From the NCBI GenBank assembly GCA_963666275.2, contig CAXXOA010000001.1:576001-640000 (forward strand): a DNA stretch of 64,000 nt, read 5' to 3'. The notes beneath the pieces are model-generated. The model was not told the origin of the DNA and ran no database searches. It worked only from the letters and a program-made list of their open reading frames with translations. Within the stretch, counting starts at the first letter, position 1. Every line of letters starts with the position of its first letter. The DNA comes from Oceanispirochaeta sp. Its GTDB lineage: Bacteria; Spirochaetota; Spirochaetia; DSM-2461. Shown here piece after piece: positions 10,119-20,796 of the stretch. Position numbers and translations under genes: made by a program.

Positions 10119-10214
10119 CAGATGATCAGTGGGGGTGTATGGCAGTGGGGGTGTATGGCAGTGGGGGTGTATAGCAGTGGGGGTGTATAGCAATACACCC
10201 CCACTGATCATCTG
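10119..10214. repeat. REP cluster downstream of RAYT: four tandem 16-bp left arms closed by one right arm
   Basis: CAGTGGGGGTGTATRG x4 (10127-10190); 22-bp perfect inverted repeat 10119-10140 / 10193-10214. Confidence 0.9.
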
Positions 10215-11062
10215 GATCTCTGGATCATCCCCATCACATTGTATACCAGCTGGGCTGCAGAAAAATTACAGAACCTCAGGTGTTCTTCCGGGGCCAGTTC
10301 CACACAGTCAAAACCGATGACTTTTCTCTGTCCTATGACTGATTCCAGGATACCCAGGGTCTGATACCATCCCAGTCCTCCCGGTACGGGGGTGCCTGTG
10401 GCAGGCATGATCGAGCTGTCCAGTCCGTCCACATCGATTGTGATGTACAGGTGTTCGGGAAAGCTGTCGGGCAGTGTCAGGGCGCTTATATTTCCGGCGG
10501 CGGCTTCTCTGCCTGTGAGGCAGTGGATCTTCTTTTCCTTCTGATAGACCAGTTCCTCTTCGCAGAGCGCCCGGATTCCCAGCTGATAGATCTCCCAGCC
10601 TGTCAGTTCATGAACCTTCCGGATCACCGAAGCGTGGCTGTAGGGATTTCCCTCGTAGTTGTGCCGCAGGTCCGCATGGGCATCGATCTGCACAAGGCCG
10701 ACGGATTTTCCGAACTTTTTATAGACCCCCCGGGCAGCCCCCAGGGTAACTGTATGCTCTCCCCCCAGGACCACCGGTATTTTATCCAGTTCCAGGGCGG
10801 TTTTGACTCTTTCCTCAATGGCCCGGGTAAACCCTTCGGCCGTGTCCTCCCGAAGAGGCCCGGCTGTATGGATTCCCTCCCGGCAGGGAAAGCTGAATCC
10901 GTCCCAGGTCTCCAGCTGATCCGAGGCTTCCAGAATGGCTTCCGGCCCCTCTGCTGTTCCCCCTCCGTAGCTGACACTCTCCTCCAGGGGAGCCGGGATC
11001 ACATGGAACAGGGCTTCTGCAGGATCGGCGTTGGGAATCTCAGACGATAGGAAGTGGTTCAT
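10208..11062 (-). CDS. speB: Agmatinase (ureohydrolase family)
   Basis: GGEHTVT, DAHADLR, SHAS, DVDGLDSSIMPATGTPVPGG motifs; in the polyamine operon. Confidence 0.9.
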   Translation of the reverse strand: MNHFLSSEIPNADPAEALFHVIPAPLEESVSYGGGTAEGPEAILEASDQLETWDGFSFPCREGIHTAGPLREDTAEGFTRAIEERVKTALELDKIPVVLGGEHTVTLGAARGVYKKFGKSVGLVQIDAHADLRHNYEGNPYSHASVIRKVHELTGWEIYQLGIRALCEEELVYQKEKKIHCLTGREAAAGNISALTLPDSFPEHLYITIDVDGLDSSIMPATGTPVPGGLGWYQTLGILESVIGQRKVIGFDCVELAPEEHLRFCNFSAAQLVYNVMGMIQRSR

Positions 11063-12216
11063 GACAGGCGGCTCCTGAAATCTTCGTATCCGAAGTGCTT
11101 TACCAGAGTGAGCTCCTGTGTCCGGGAGTCATAGAGGTACTGGGAGGGCAGGCCCACTCCGTTGAAGGTGGTGGTTTTTACCATGGAGTAGTGGGCCATA
11201 TCGGTGAAGATCAGTTTGTCCCCCGGTTTCAGGGGCCTGTCGAAACTGTAGTCGCCGATCACATCTCCGGCCAGGCAGGTTACTCCGCCCAGTCTGTATG
11301 TGTGGGCCTTCTCTCCCTTCTCTCCGGCGCCCAGGATTTCCGGACGGTAGGGCATTTCCAGGACATCCGGCATGTGACAGCTGGCGGATGTATCCAGGAT
11401 GGCCAGGTCTCCCCGGTTCCTGTGGATGTCCAGAACCGTGGTTATAAGATACCCCGTATTCAGGGCCCAGGCTTCGCCCGGTTCCAGATAGACTTCCGTG
11501 CCGTAATGGCTCTTAATCATTTTGACTAGTTCAATAAGTTCATCCCTGTCGTAGTCTTCCCGGGTGATATGATGACCTCCCCCGAGATTGATCCACTTCA
11601 GGCCGTCCAGTTCCGGTCCCAGGGCCTTTTCCACGGCTTCCCAGGTACGGACCAGGGCTCCTGAGTCCTTTTCACAGAGGTTATGGATATGGACGCCCTC
11701 GGCCTGCTTCAGAAATCCCCCGGGGAGTTCCTGCCGGATGGTCCCCAGGCGGGAAAGCGGGGCTGAGGGGTCGTAGATGGCTGTTTCGGTCTCCGAATGG
11801 GAAGGGTTGAACCTGAGGCCGTAAGAAACCCGGCCGGCATACTCCTCTCTCAGGTCGGCAAAGCGCTCCCACTGGGAGGGGGAGTTGAAAATAAGATGGT
11901 CCGACAGCTCCAGAAGCTGCTTCAGGCTCTCCCGGCTGTAGGCGGGGCTGTAGCTGTGTACTTCCAGCCCCATCTCCTCCCGGCCCAGTATGGCCTCATG
12001 GACCGAGCTGGCGCAGATGCCCGAAAGGTAGGGTTTCAGCAGAGGAAAGGTGGAGAACATGGAAAAGCCCTTTAAGGCCAGCAGGACTCTGGCACCGCTG
12101 GAAGAGGCCACCTGCTGCATAATGCGGGCGTTCTTTTCCAGCAGAGCTGTATCCACCACGAAAGCGGGGCTTCTGACCGCCCCCGGGTCTAGTCCTTTAA
12201 GGTGATCACGTTCCAT
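11059..12216 (-). CDS. nspC: Carboxy(nor)spermidine decarboxylase
   Basis: LLALKGFSM, HIHNLCE, NLGGGHHITR, YLEPGEA, CHMPDVLEMPYRP, CLAGDVIGDY, VKTTTFNG. Confidence 0.93.
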   Translation of the reverse strand: MERDHLKGLDPGAVRSPAFVVDTALLEKNARIMQQVASSSGARVLLALKGFSMFSTFPLLKPYLSGICASSVHEAILGREEMGLEVHSYSPAYSRESLKQLLELSDHLIFNSPSQWERFADLREEYAGRVSYGLRFNPSHSETETAIYDPSAPLSRLGTIRQELPGGFLKQAEGVHIHNLCEKDSGALVRTWEAVEKALGPELDGLKWINLGGGHHITREDYDRDELIELVKMIKSHYGTEVYLEPGEAWALNTGYLITTVLDIHRNRGDLAILDTSASCHMPDVLEMPYRPEILGAGEKGEKAHTYRLGGVTCLAGDVIGDYSFDRPLKPGDKLIFTDMAHYSMVKTTTFNGVGLPSQYLYDSRTQELTLVKHFGYEDFRSRLS

Positions 12217-13373
12217 GGAAGCCCGTATTCGCCCAGATCGTCCATAAAAGGATCGGGATCAAACTGTTCCATATTGAACACACCCGTGCCTTTCCATTTA
12301 CCCTCCAGGATCATCTTGGCGCCGATCATGGCGGGGACTCCTGTGGTATAGCTGATAGCCTGGCTCTGCACTTCGGCGTAGGCTTTTTCGTGAGAGCAGA
12401 TATTGTAGACATATTTGGTCAGGGGCTCGCCGTCTTTGACCCCTTTGATTATACAGCCGATGCAGGTTTTTCCTTTGGTTAAAGGGCCCAGGCTGCCGGG
12501 ATCGGGAAGGAGCTTCTTCAGAAACTGAAGAGGAATGATCTCCTTGCCTTCAAAGACAACAGGATCAATCCTTGTCATACCCACATTCTGGAGCACTTCC
12601 AGATGTTTCAGATAGTTGTCTCCGAAACTCATCCAGAACTGTGCCTTTTTCAGAGTGGGGAAGTTCAGGGTCAGCGATTCCAGTTCCTCATGGTACATCC
12701 TGTAGATGTTGTAGGTTCCCACTCCCTCGGGGCAGGTATAGGATTTTTTCCGGCTCATGGCAGAGGTTTCCAGAAATTCTCCCTCCTCCCAGTGGCGGCA
12801 GGGGGCGGTGACTTCCCTGATATTGATTTCAGGATTGAAGTTTGTGGCAAAGGGCTGACCGTGGTCTCCTCCGTTCACATCGATAATGTCCAGTTCCTGA
12901 ATTTCATCAAAGTAGTGTTTGTCCAGATAGGCTGTAAAGACATTGGTGACACCCGGGTCAAATCCGCTTCCCAGCAGGGCCATCAGGCCTTTCTCTTTGA
13001 AACGGTCCTGGTATTCCCACTGCCAGCTGTATTCAAATTTTGCTGTTTCGGGAGGTTCGTAGTTGGCTGTATCCATATAGTTGACCCCGGCATTCAGACA
13101 GGCATCCATAATATGAAGGTCCTGATAGGGGAGGGCCACATTGATCACCAGGTCGGGTTTATGCTTTTTCAGCAATGAGGTCAGTTCCTCCACATTGTCC
13201 GCATCGACCTGTTCCGTCAGGATCTCCCTGTCGATCTGATCGGCGATGGCATCGCATTTGCTCTTTGTCCGGCTGGCCAGAATGATCTCTCCGAATACTT
13301 CGGGAACCTGTGCGCATTTGTGTGCTACCACACTTCCGACGCCTCCTGCGCCGATAATCATGACTTTAGACAT
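12189..13373 (-). CDS. Carboxy(nor)spermidine dehydrogenase (saccharopine dehydrogenase family, CASDH)
   Basis: IIGAGGVG, NVALPYQD, DTANYEP, GSGFDPGVT, FATNFNPEINIRE, SYTTGVPAMIG; lies between speA and nspC. Confidence 0.9.
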   Translation of the reverse strand: MSKVMIIGAGGVGSVVAHKCAQVPEVFGEIILASRTKSKCDAIADQIDREILTEQVDADNVEELTSLLKKHKPDLVINVALPYQDLHIMDACLNAGVNYMDTANYEPPETAKFEYSWQWEYQDRFKEKGLMALLGSGFDPGVTNVFTAYLDKHYFDEIQELDIIDVNGGDHGQPFATNFNPEINIREVTAPCRHWEEGEFLETSAMSRKKSYTCPEGVGTYNIYRMYHEELESLTLNFPTLKKAQFWMSFGDNYLKHLEVLQNVGMTRIDPVVFEGKEIIPLQFLKKLLPDPGSLGPLTKGKTCIGCIIKGVKDGEPLTKYVYNICSHEKAYAEVQSQAISYTTGVPAMIGAKMILEGKWKGTGVFNMEQFDPDPFMDDLGEYGLPWNVITLKD

Positions 13374-13375
13374 AA

Positions 13376-15304
<1,929 letters not shown>

Positions 15305-15646
15305 GGACAACCTCCTGAAGGATACAGACTCTGTTAGCGTCAAGGGGTCCTTTGTCTGCGCATCTTTTTTCTGTAAAAAACAGAAAAACAACAGGCCAAT
15401 AAATCGTATATATTCTCCTGTAAGTCAATATCTAATCAGAAAAAAACTGAAAAAAAAAGGGGATGCTGGAAATTCCGTGAGAAATCTGCTGTTCACCGGG
15501 TTTTCAGGTCAGGAATGCCGGAATGGAACTGTTTGCAAAACAAGGCGGAGAGACGGAAGTTCTTCCCATTCAGGTTCTGAATCCCCGGGTTTAGATTTTA
15601 AGCAGATTTTTACATTATTTCTAACATTTATGTTACTATCCCCATC

Positions 15647-15871
15647 ATGACGGAAGAGGAAGAAAAAGCGTTCCTGCTGGAACTGGCCAATACAAGAATG
15701 CCCTTTGGAAAATACAAGGGGCGGTATCTTATAGAACTGCCCGAGGCCTATGTACTATGGTTTAAAAACAAGGGCTTTCCCCCGGGAAAATTGGGAATGA
15801 TGATGGAAACCCTTGTGGAGATCAAGGTGAACGGATTGGAGGGGCTGATCCGGCCTTTGATTAAAAGGTAG
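15647..15871 (+). CDS. DUF3820 family small protein
   Basis: MPFGKYKGRYLIELPEAYVLWF..KGFPPGKLG...EIKVNGLE pattern. Confidence 0.85.
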   Translation: MTEEEEKAFLLELANTRMPFGKYKGRYLIELPEAYVLWFKNKGFPPGKLGMMMETLVEIKVNGLEGLIRPLIKR

Positions 15872-15901
15872 ATAAGAAGCGGATTCCTCCCAAAGATCAA
15901 C

Positions 15902-15933
15902 ACTCCCGGAAAAACAGGTCCGGGAGTATTTTT
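15902..15933 (+). terminator. Probable intrinsic terminator after the DUF3820 gene
   Basis: ACTCCCGGA...TCCGGGAGT stem followed by ATTTTT. Confidence 0.6.
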
Positions 15934-15942
15934 AAGGCCCTC

Positions 15943-17217
15943 TTAATAGTACCTCAGCATGATATAGCCGTAGGAAAGAACCAGGGTCAACAGGGTCAGA
16001 GGCACACCGTAAAGCAGATAGCCCTTGAAGCTGAGGGGGACTTTGTTCTTCTTGGCAAAACCGAACATGATCACATTGGCTGAAGCACCCACCAGGGTGC
16101 CGTTTCCGCCCAGACAGGATCCCAGAGCCAGACTCCACCAGAGGGGCTGAAGGGCTTCAGGGGTGGTTGAAGCTCCTATGATTTTAACAATGGGGATGAA
16201 TGTGGCTACCAGGGGGATATTGTCCAGAATCCCCGAAAAGATACCCGAAACAAACAGCAGGGCCGCACTGGTTTTCATAAGATCACCCTGAGTGAATTCG
16301 ATCATTTTGTCGGCCATGGATTCAATCACACCGGCATATTCCAGAACGCCAACCATAATGAAAAGACCGATAAAGAACAGAATCGTATCCCATTCCACTT
16401 TCTTCAGGAGATCCTCAAGATCCTCGTCGGCCCAGAGGATCAGCAGACAGGCTCCGGCCAGAGCGATCACGCTGGGTTCGGTTTCGAGGAATCCATGGAG
16501 GAGAAAACCCAGGATAACAAGACCCAGGATGGTCAGGGATTTTTTCATAAGCTCAGGGTTGTGGATCATTTTGGACTCATCCATGGAAAGGATCCTCTGC
16601 TTGTTCAGATCCGACACAACCATCTGTTTGCGGAAGATGAACACCATCAGGAACATTACGATAAGGGAGATCACCAGGATCGCCGGTGCAACGTTCACGA
16701 TAAAGTCCATAAAGCTCAAACCCGCAGCCGAACCGATCATGATATTGGGCGGATCTCCGATCAGGGTGGCGGTTCCTCCGATATTGGAGGCGATGATCTC
16801 AGTAATGATAAAGGGGAGGGCGGCGATCTCCATCTGGCTTGCCAGGAGCAGGGTCACCGGAGAGATCAGAAGCACTGTGGTCACATTGTCCAGAAGAGCC
16901 GAGAATACGGCTGTAATAAGAAAGAGGACTCCCAGAAAATAGATGGGATTGGCTTTTACCATTTTGGCACTTTTAATGGCAACAAATTCGAAAACGCCGC
17001 TCTGTTCCGTGACTTTCACAATCATCATCATTCCGATCAGCAGAAAGATGACATTCATATCTATGTGTTCCACCGCTTCATGAAAGGGGATGAAGTGAAA
17101 CACAAGATAGAGTGAGGCTCCCAGGATCACAGCCACAGCCTTATTCATCTTCTCCATGATAAGGAGGGCATAGACAACAATAAAAATTATAACAGCAATT
17201 ATCATATGTATGGACAT
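15943..17217 (-). CDS. ArsB/NhaD/SLC13-type ion transporter permease
   Basis: SALLDNVTTVLL, ASNIGGTATLIGDPPNIMIG, LDNIP, GGNGTLVGASANV; many TM segments. Confidence 0.88.
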   Translation of the reverse strand: MSIHMIIAVIIFIVVYALLIMEKMNKAVAVILGASLYLVFHFIPFHEAVEHIDMNVIFLLIGMMMIVKVTEQSGVFEFVAIKSAKMVKANPIYFLGVLFLITAVFSALLDNVTTVLLISPVTLLLASQMEIAALPFIITEIIASNIGGTATLIGDPPNIMIGSAAGLSFMDFIVNVAPAILVISLIVMFLMVFIFRKQMVVSDLNKQRILSMDESKMIHNPELMKKSLTILGLVILGFLLHGFLETEPSVIALAGACLLILWADEDLEDLLKKVEWDTILFFIGLFIMVGVLEYAGVIESMADKMIEFTQGDLMKTSAALLFVSGIFSGILDNIPLVATFIPIVKIIGASTTPEALQPLWWSLALGSCLGGNGTLVGASANVIMFGFAKKNKVPLSFKGYLLYGVPLTLLTLVLSYGYIMLRYY

Positions 17218-18113
17218 CAGGGCCTCAGCATTTTATTAATGATTTCGGTCGGATTGATCACTCCCACCAGTTCGTCATTCGCATCCAGAACAAGCAGGTG
17301 GCGGCGGTTGCCTTTGATCATCATAAAAAATATTTCAGGATAGGAAATTTCATCCCGGATCATGTAGGGTCTGTAATCCCGGATAAAATCTTTTATGAGC
17401 ATGTCGTTTTCATTTTTCCAGAAGTACTTCACAGGCTGAAAGTCCTTGAGCATATTCAGATTGTGGAGACTGAATATATAGTCGGGAAATCCCGCTTTCA
17501 GAAGGTCTACCAGGTCAAGGACTCCGCAGATTTTACCCGTTGTGGAGGAGTATACCGGAAGGAAGTAGATATCATGCCTCTTCATCTGGTCCAGGGCGAC
17601 GGAAAGGCTTTCCGTGTCTTTGGCTCTGGGCCAGTAGCGGGCCAGATCTCCCGCTGTGAGGGGAGTACCCATGGATGTACCGGTAGAACTGAAGAGCTCC
17701 AGTATTTCCGCAGGAGAGCCGCATCTGTCCACAATATCCGACTGTTTCTGGATCACCCGTCCGATCCCCTGCAGGATCCCCAGGTAAAGATTGTCCTCCT
17801 TGCCGGATGTGAGGACAGAGAAGATGTATTTCACCTCATTGCCGTCATCCAGGATCAGAGGCTTTTTACAGCGGATAAAGATCATACACAGGTCCCGGAC
17901 TTCCGGGCTGTGGTTGTGGGGGAGCATGGTCCCGTTGCCGATCCAGGTGGAGCTCAGCTGTTCCCGGTCCTCCAGGAGCTTCAGTATTTTCTCCTGTTCC
18001 ATATGGCATTCCTTTGAGAATTCTCCGGCAAGGAAATTCAGAACCTCATGAAGGTTTCTGAACTCTCTGTCCAGAAAAACCTGGTCTTCTGTCAGGTACT
18101 TTCGAAAGTGCAT
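17217..18113 (-). CDS. PTS EIIA (Ntr/Fru-type) domain fused to a CBS pair
   Basis: DREQLSSTWIGNGTMLPHN (EIIA phospho-His motif) followed by two CBS-like repeats (ALDQMKRHDIYFLPV..GVL; RRHLLVLD..LVGVI). Start at the ATG at 18113 after AAGGGG. Confidence 0.75.
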   Translation of the reverse strand: MHFRKYLTEDQVFLDREFRNLHEVLNFLAGEFSKECHMEQEKILKLLEDREQLSSTWIGNGTMLPHNHSPEVRDLCMIFIRCKKPLILDDGNEVKYIFSVLTSGKEDNLYLGILQGIGRVIQKQSDIVDRCGSPAEILELFSSTGTSMGTPLTAGDLARYWPRAKDTESLSVALDQMKRHDIYFLPVYSSTTGKICGVLDLVDLLKAGFPDYIFSLHNLNMLKDFQPVKYFWKNENDMLIKDFIRDYRPYMIRDEISYPEIFFMMIKGNRRHLLVLDANDELVGVINPTEIINKMLRP

Positions 18114-18303
18114 AATCGTCCCCCTTTTTGTGACGGGATACTCCCGTCTCGTGTGTTTGGTAAGAATCAAATATATGGCATTTCTTTGAAAATAATCAAG
18201 ATCAGGATGTGATATTTGATGACAATAAAGGACAATAGAGGACTTTGCGGATACTTTTTGGTTTCATCTTTTCTCTTAAATCCTGTCGGTGTATCATTGT
18301 TTT

Positions 18304-18891
18304 ATGGAGAAATCGGATAAGCAGCCCCTTTTATTCACAGGGAGTTCCATCATTGAGTACTGGGAAACCCTTCAGGAGGATATGGCTCCTTACTCTGTGG
18401 TAAACAGGGGGATGGCGGGAGTCAGAATTTCGAAAATACGCGCCCGTATCAGGGATTTTGTGAAAGATACCCATCCGGCCGCTGTGGTGGTGTATGCGGG
18501 ATCCAATGATCTGCAGGGCGAGGATCCCCCGAAAGCCCGCTATATTCTGGGACAGTTCGAAAAGATAGTGAATTTCTCAAGGGAGATCATTCCTGATCTG
18601 CCTGTGGTCTATTTGTCTATCGCTCCCTCCCTCTCTTCTCTGAGACTGCCCCATCAGCCTCTGATTGATGAGGCCAATAGACTTATCCGGGAGTTCTGCG
18701 ATGAGGATGATCATCTTTTTTTCTGTGACATCAGGCCCTGCCTCTGTGATTCCGGGGGAAGACCGGATCCCCGTTTTTTCCTGCCTGACGGCATCCATTT
18801 TACCCCGGAAGGGTATCAGGCTGTGATAGGGCCAGTGAAAGAGGTTATCTTTTCTCTCTTTTTGAGTAAAGGAATAATACCAGGAGAATAA
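18304..18891 (+). CDS. SGNH/GDSL-family hydrolase
   Basis: FTGSSII (block I), NRGMAG, YAGSND, DGIH motifs. Confidence 0.85.
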   Translation: MEKSDKQPLLFTGSSIIEYWETLQEDMAPYSVVNRGMAGVRISKIRARIRDFVKDTHPAAVVVYAGSNDLQGEDPPKARYILGQFEKIVNFSREIIPDLPVVYLSIAPSLSSLRLPHQPLIDEANRLIREFCDEDDHLFFCDIRPCLCDSGGRPDPRFFLPDGIHFTPEGYQAVIGPVKEVIFSLFLSKGIIPGE

Positions 18892-19825
18892 CAATCCCGT
18901 ATACTATCTGGCGACCGCCTTCTCCAGCTTTCAAACTTATCATAATACTATTAAGAGTTGTCAGTATAATAGCACCTGCTACGGCTCCCAGGTAGCTGCC
19001 ATTGCCTCCCGCCAGAGATATCCCTCCTATGACCGCTGCTGCGACACTGGGCATCATATAGGCTGAGCCCAGATCCAGGTATGAAGTTCCTGTATAACCT
19101 AATAGACAAATACCTGCAAAGGCAGCAATCATACCACTGAATCCATAGGTTAGAAATCGAACCCATTTTGTTTTTATTCCACAGAGTTCTGCAGTAATAG
19201 AGTTTTCACCCACACCATACAAAATCTTTCCCATTCTCATTCTTTCCAGAACAACAAGAGCTATTAACAGTATTAGAATCCAAAGGAACAGTATCTTAGG
19301 AATTCCTAAGAAGCGGCCGGTACCCAGTGAAATTAGTAGAGGAGATGCCTTCCCTTTCGGTTGTCCCTGTGTATAGATTAAGCCAATGCCTTGTATAACA
19401 CTTCCCATAGCCAGTGTCATTACTAAAGGAGGTATCTTGAAAAAGGCGATTCCCGAACCGTTAACAAGTCCAAGAAGGAAGCCAATACTCAGGACAACCA
19501 GAATCTTTGGTATCAACCATTGATCCGACCCATTAAGCAATTGACTTGTGATCACTGTAGCAAGGGAAATAAAGCTACCGACAGAAAGATCAATACCTTC
19601 TCCTCCAGATAGAATCACTAATGTTTGAGCTAGTACTACCAAGCCAAGAAAGGATGATAGGCTTAAGATATTCACAAGATGATTGACATGAAGGAATCCA
19701 GGATTTATCAGTCCTCCTAAAAGAAAAAGCCCCACCGTTATAATATAAGCTAGTGTTATTTTGTTTTCTTTGAGATCCTTTGGATTAAAAGGTATCTTTT
19801 CAACTTTTATGCTACTCAAAATCAT
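18845..19825 (-). CDS. Monosaccharide ABC transporter permease (RbsC type)
   Basis: GIDLSVGS, IPPLVMTL, VAAAVIGGISLAGG motifs. Confidence 0.9.
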   Translation of the reverse strand: MILSSIKVEKIPFNPKDLKENKITLAYIITVGLFLLGGLINPGFLHVNHLVNILSLSSFLGLVVLAQTLVILSGGEGIDLSVGSFISLATVITSQLLNGSDQWLIPKILVVLSIGFLLGLVNGSGIAFFKIPPLVMTLAMGSVIQGIGLIYTQGQPKGKASPLLISLGTGRFLGIPKILFLWILILLIALVVLERMRMGKILYGVGENSITAELCGIKTKWVRFLTYGFSGMIAAFAGICLLGYTGTSYLDLGSAYMMPSVAAAVIGGISLAGGNGSYLGAVAGAIILTTLNSIMISLKAGEGGRQIVYGIVILLVLFLYSKREKR

Positions 19826-20796
19826 TATATTTCTCCCATTGGATTTAATCGTTTAATATTGGGTATTACTGCTAAAGCCAACGCGGCTATAATGATACTT
19901 CCTCGGATGAATTCCTGATAAAGGGAGGGAATATTGGCAAAAAAGACAACATTGTCCAGAATCCCGAAAACAAGTGCTCCCAGTATAGCTCCAGCCATAT
20001 TTCCCTTGCCTCCGCTGAAGGCTACTCCTCCAACAATGACTGCGGCAATAGATCTTAAAGTGAAAGGGGTTCCAATAGAAGCATCTCCCGAAGCTGCCTG
20101 GCAAGTTACAGCTATCGCTCCCAATGAAGTAAAAAATCCACTCAGCATAAATGCCTGAAACCTCAGTTTTTTGACATTTATTCCGCTTGCATCGCTGGCG
20201 AAAGCGTTTCCTCCTACAGCATAAAGGTAGCGATAAAAAGGTCTTTTAGACACTATTATCCAAAGAATGACTGCAAAAGAAATCAGTAGAAGAGGTGCTG
20301 GTATAAATCCTAATGACATCTTATATGACCGATAGAAAAAAGGCGGAATATAACCTCCGGGCTGGGGCATAATGATCAATGACAAACCGAACCAGATAGA
20401 AGATGTGGCAAATGTCGCAACCATCGCAGGTAATTTCAGTATTGAAATAACAAATCCGTTGATAATACCAATACTTATTCCCAGGAGAATACCGCATAAG
20501 ATTGCCAGGACTACACTTATACCACTGTCTTTCATCATTACAGCAAGAACAACATTGATAAGAGTTACAGCGCCCCCTATAGACAGATCTATATACCCAA
20601 GAAGGATAATCAACGCCTGGGCCATTGATAGAAGAATCAATGGAGTAAAAGATGAAAGATTTATTCTAAATGCCCTGTAGGAAAAGAAGCTGGGTTGAAG
20701 GAGTATATTGATAAATATCAAAAGTAACAGGACTACCAGTACAGGAAAAGTCGTATTCTGTTTTACAGTTTGGGAAAGATTATTCTTAAATCGCAT
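19825..20796 (-). CDS. Monosaccharide ABC transporter permease (RbsC type)
   Basis: IDLSIGG, YAVGGN...SGIN, IAAVIVGGVAFSGGKG. Start placed at the ATG at 20796. Confidence 0.9.
   Translation of the reverse strand: MRFKNNLSQTVKQNTTFPVLVVLLLLIFINILLQPSFFSYRAFRINLSSFTPLILLSMAQALIILLGYIDLSIGGAVTLINVVLAVMMKDSGISVVLAILCGILLGISIGIINGFVISILKLPAMVATFATSSIWFGLSLIIMPQPGGYIPPFFYRSYKMSLGFIPAPLLLISFAVILWIIVSKRPFYRYLYAVGGNAFASDASGINVKKLRFQAFMLSGFFTSLGAIAVTCQAASGDASIGTPFTLRSIAAVIVGGVAFSGGKGNMAGAILGALVFGILDNVVFFANIPSLYQEFIRGSIIIAALALAVIPNIKRLNPMGEI

Noticed and set aside
10127..10190. 16-bp repeats as CRISPR or as the 63-aa ORF at 10129-10320
   Set aside because: No spacers; the ORF is only a translation of the REP tandem and overlaps speB.
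15305..15430. Promoter or riboswitch upstream of speA
   Set aside because: The TTGACT/TACGAT spacing is only 14 bp and no recognisable aptamer was found.
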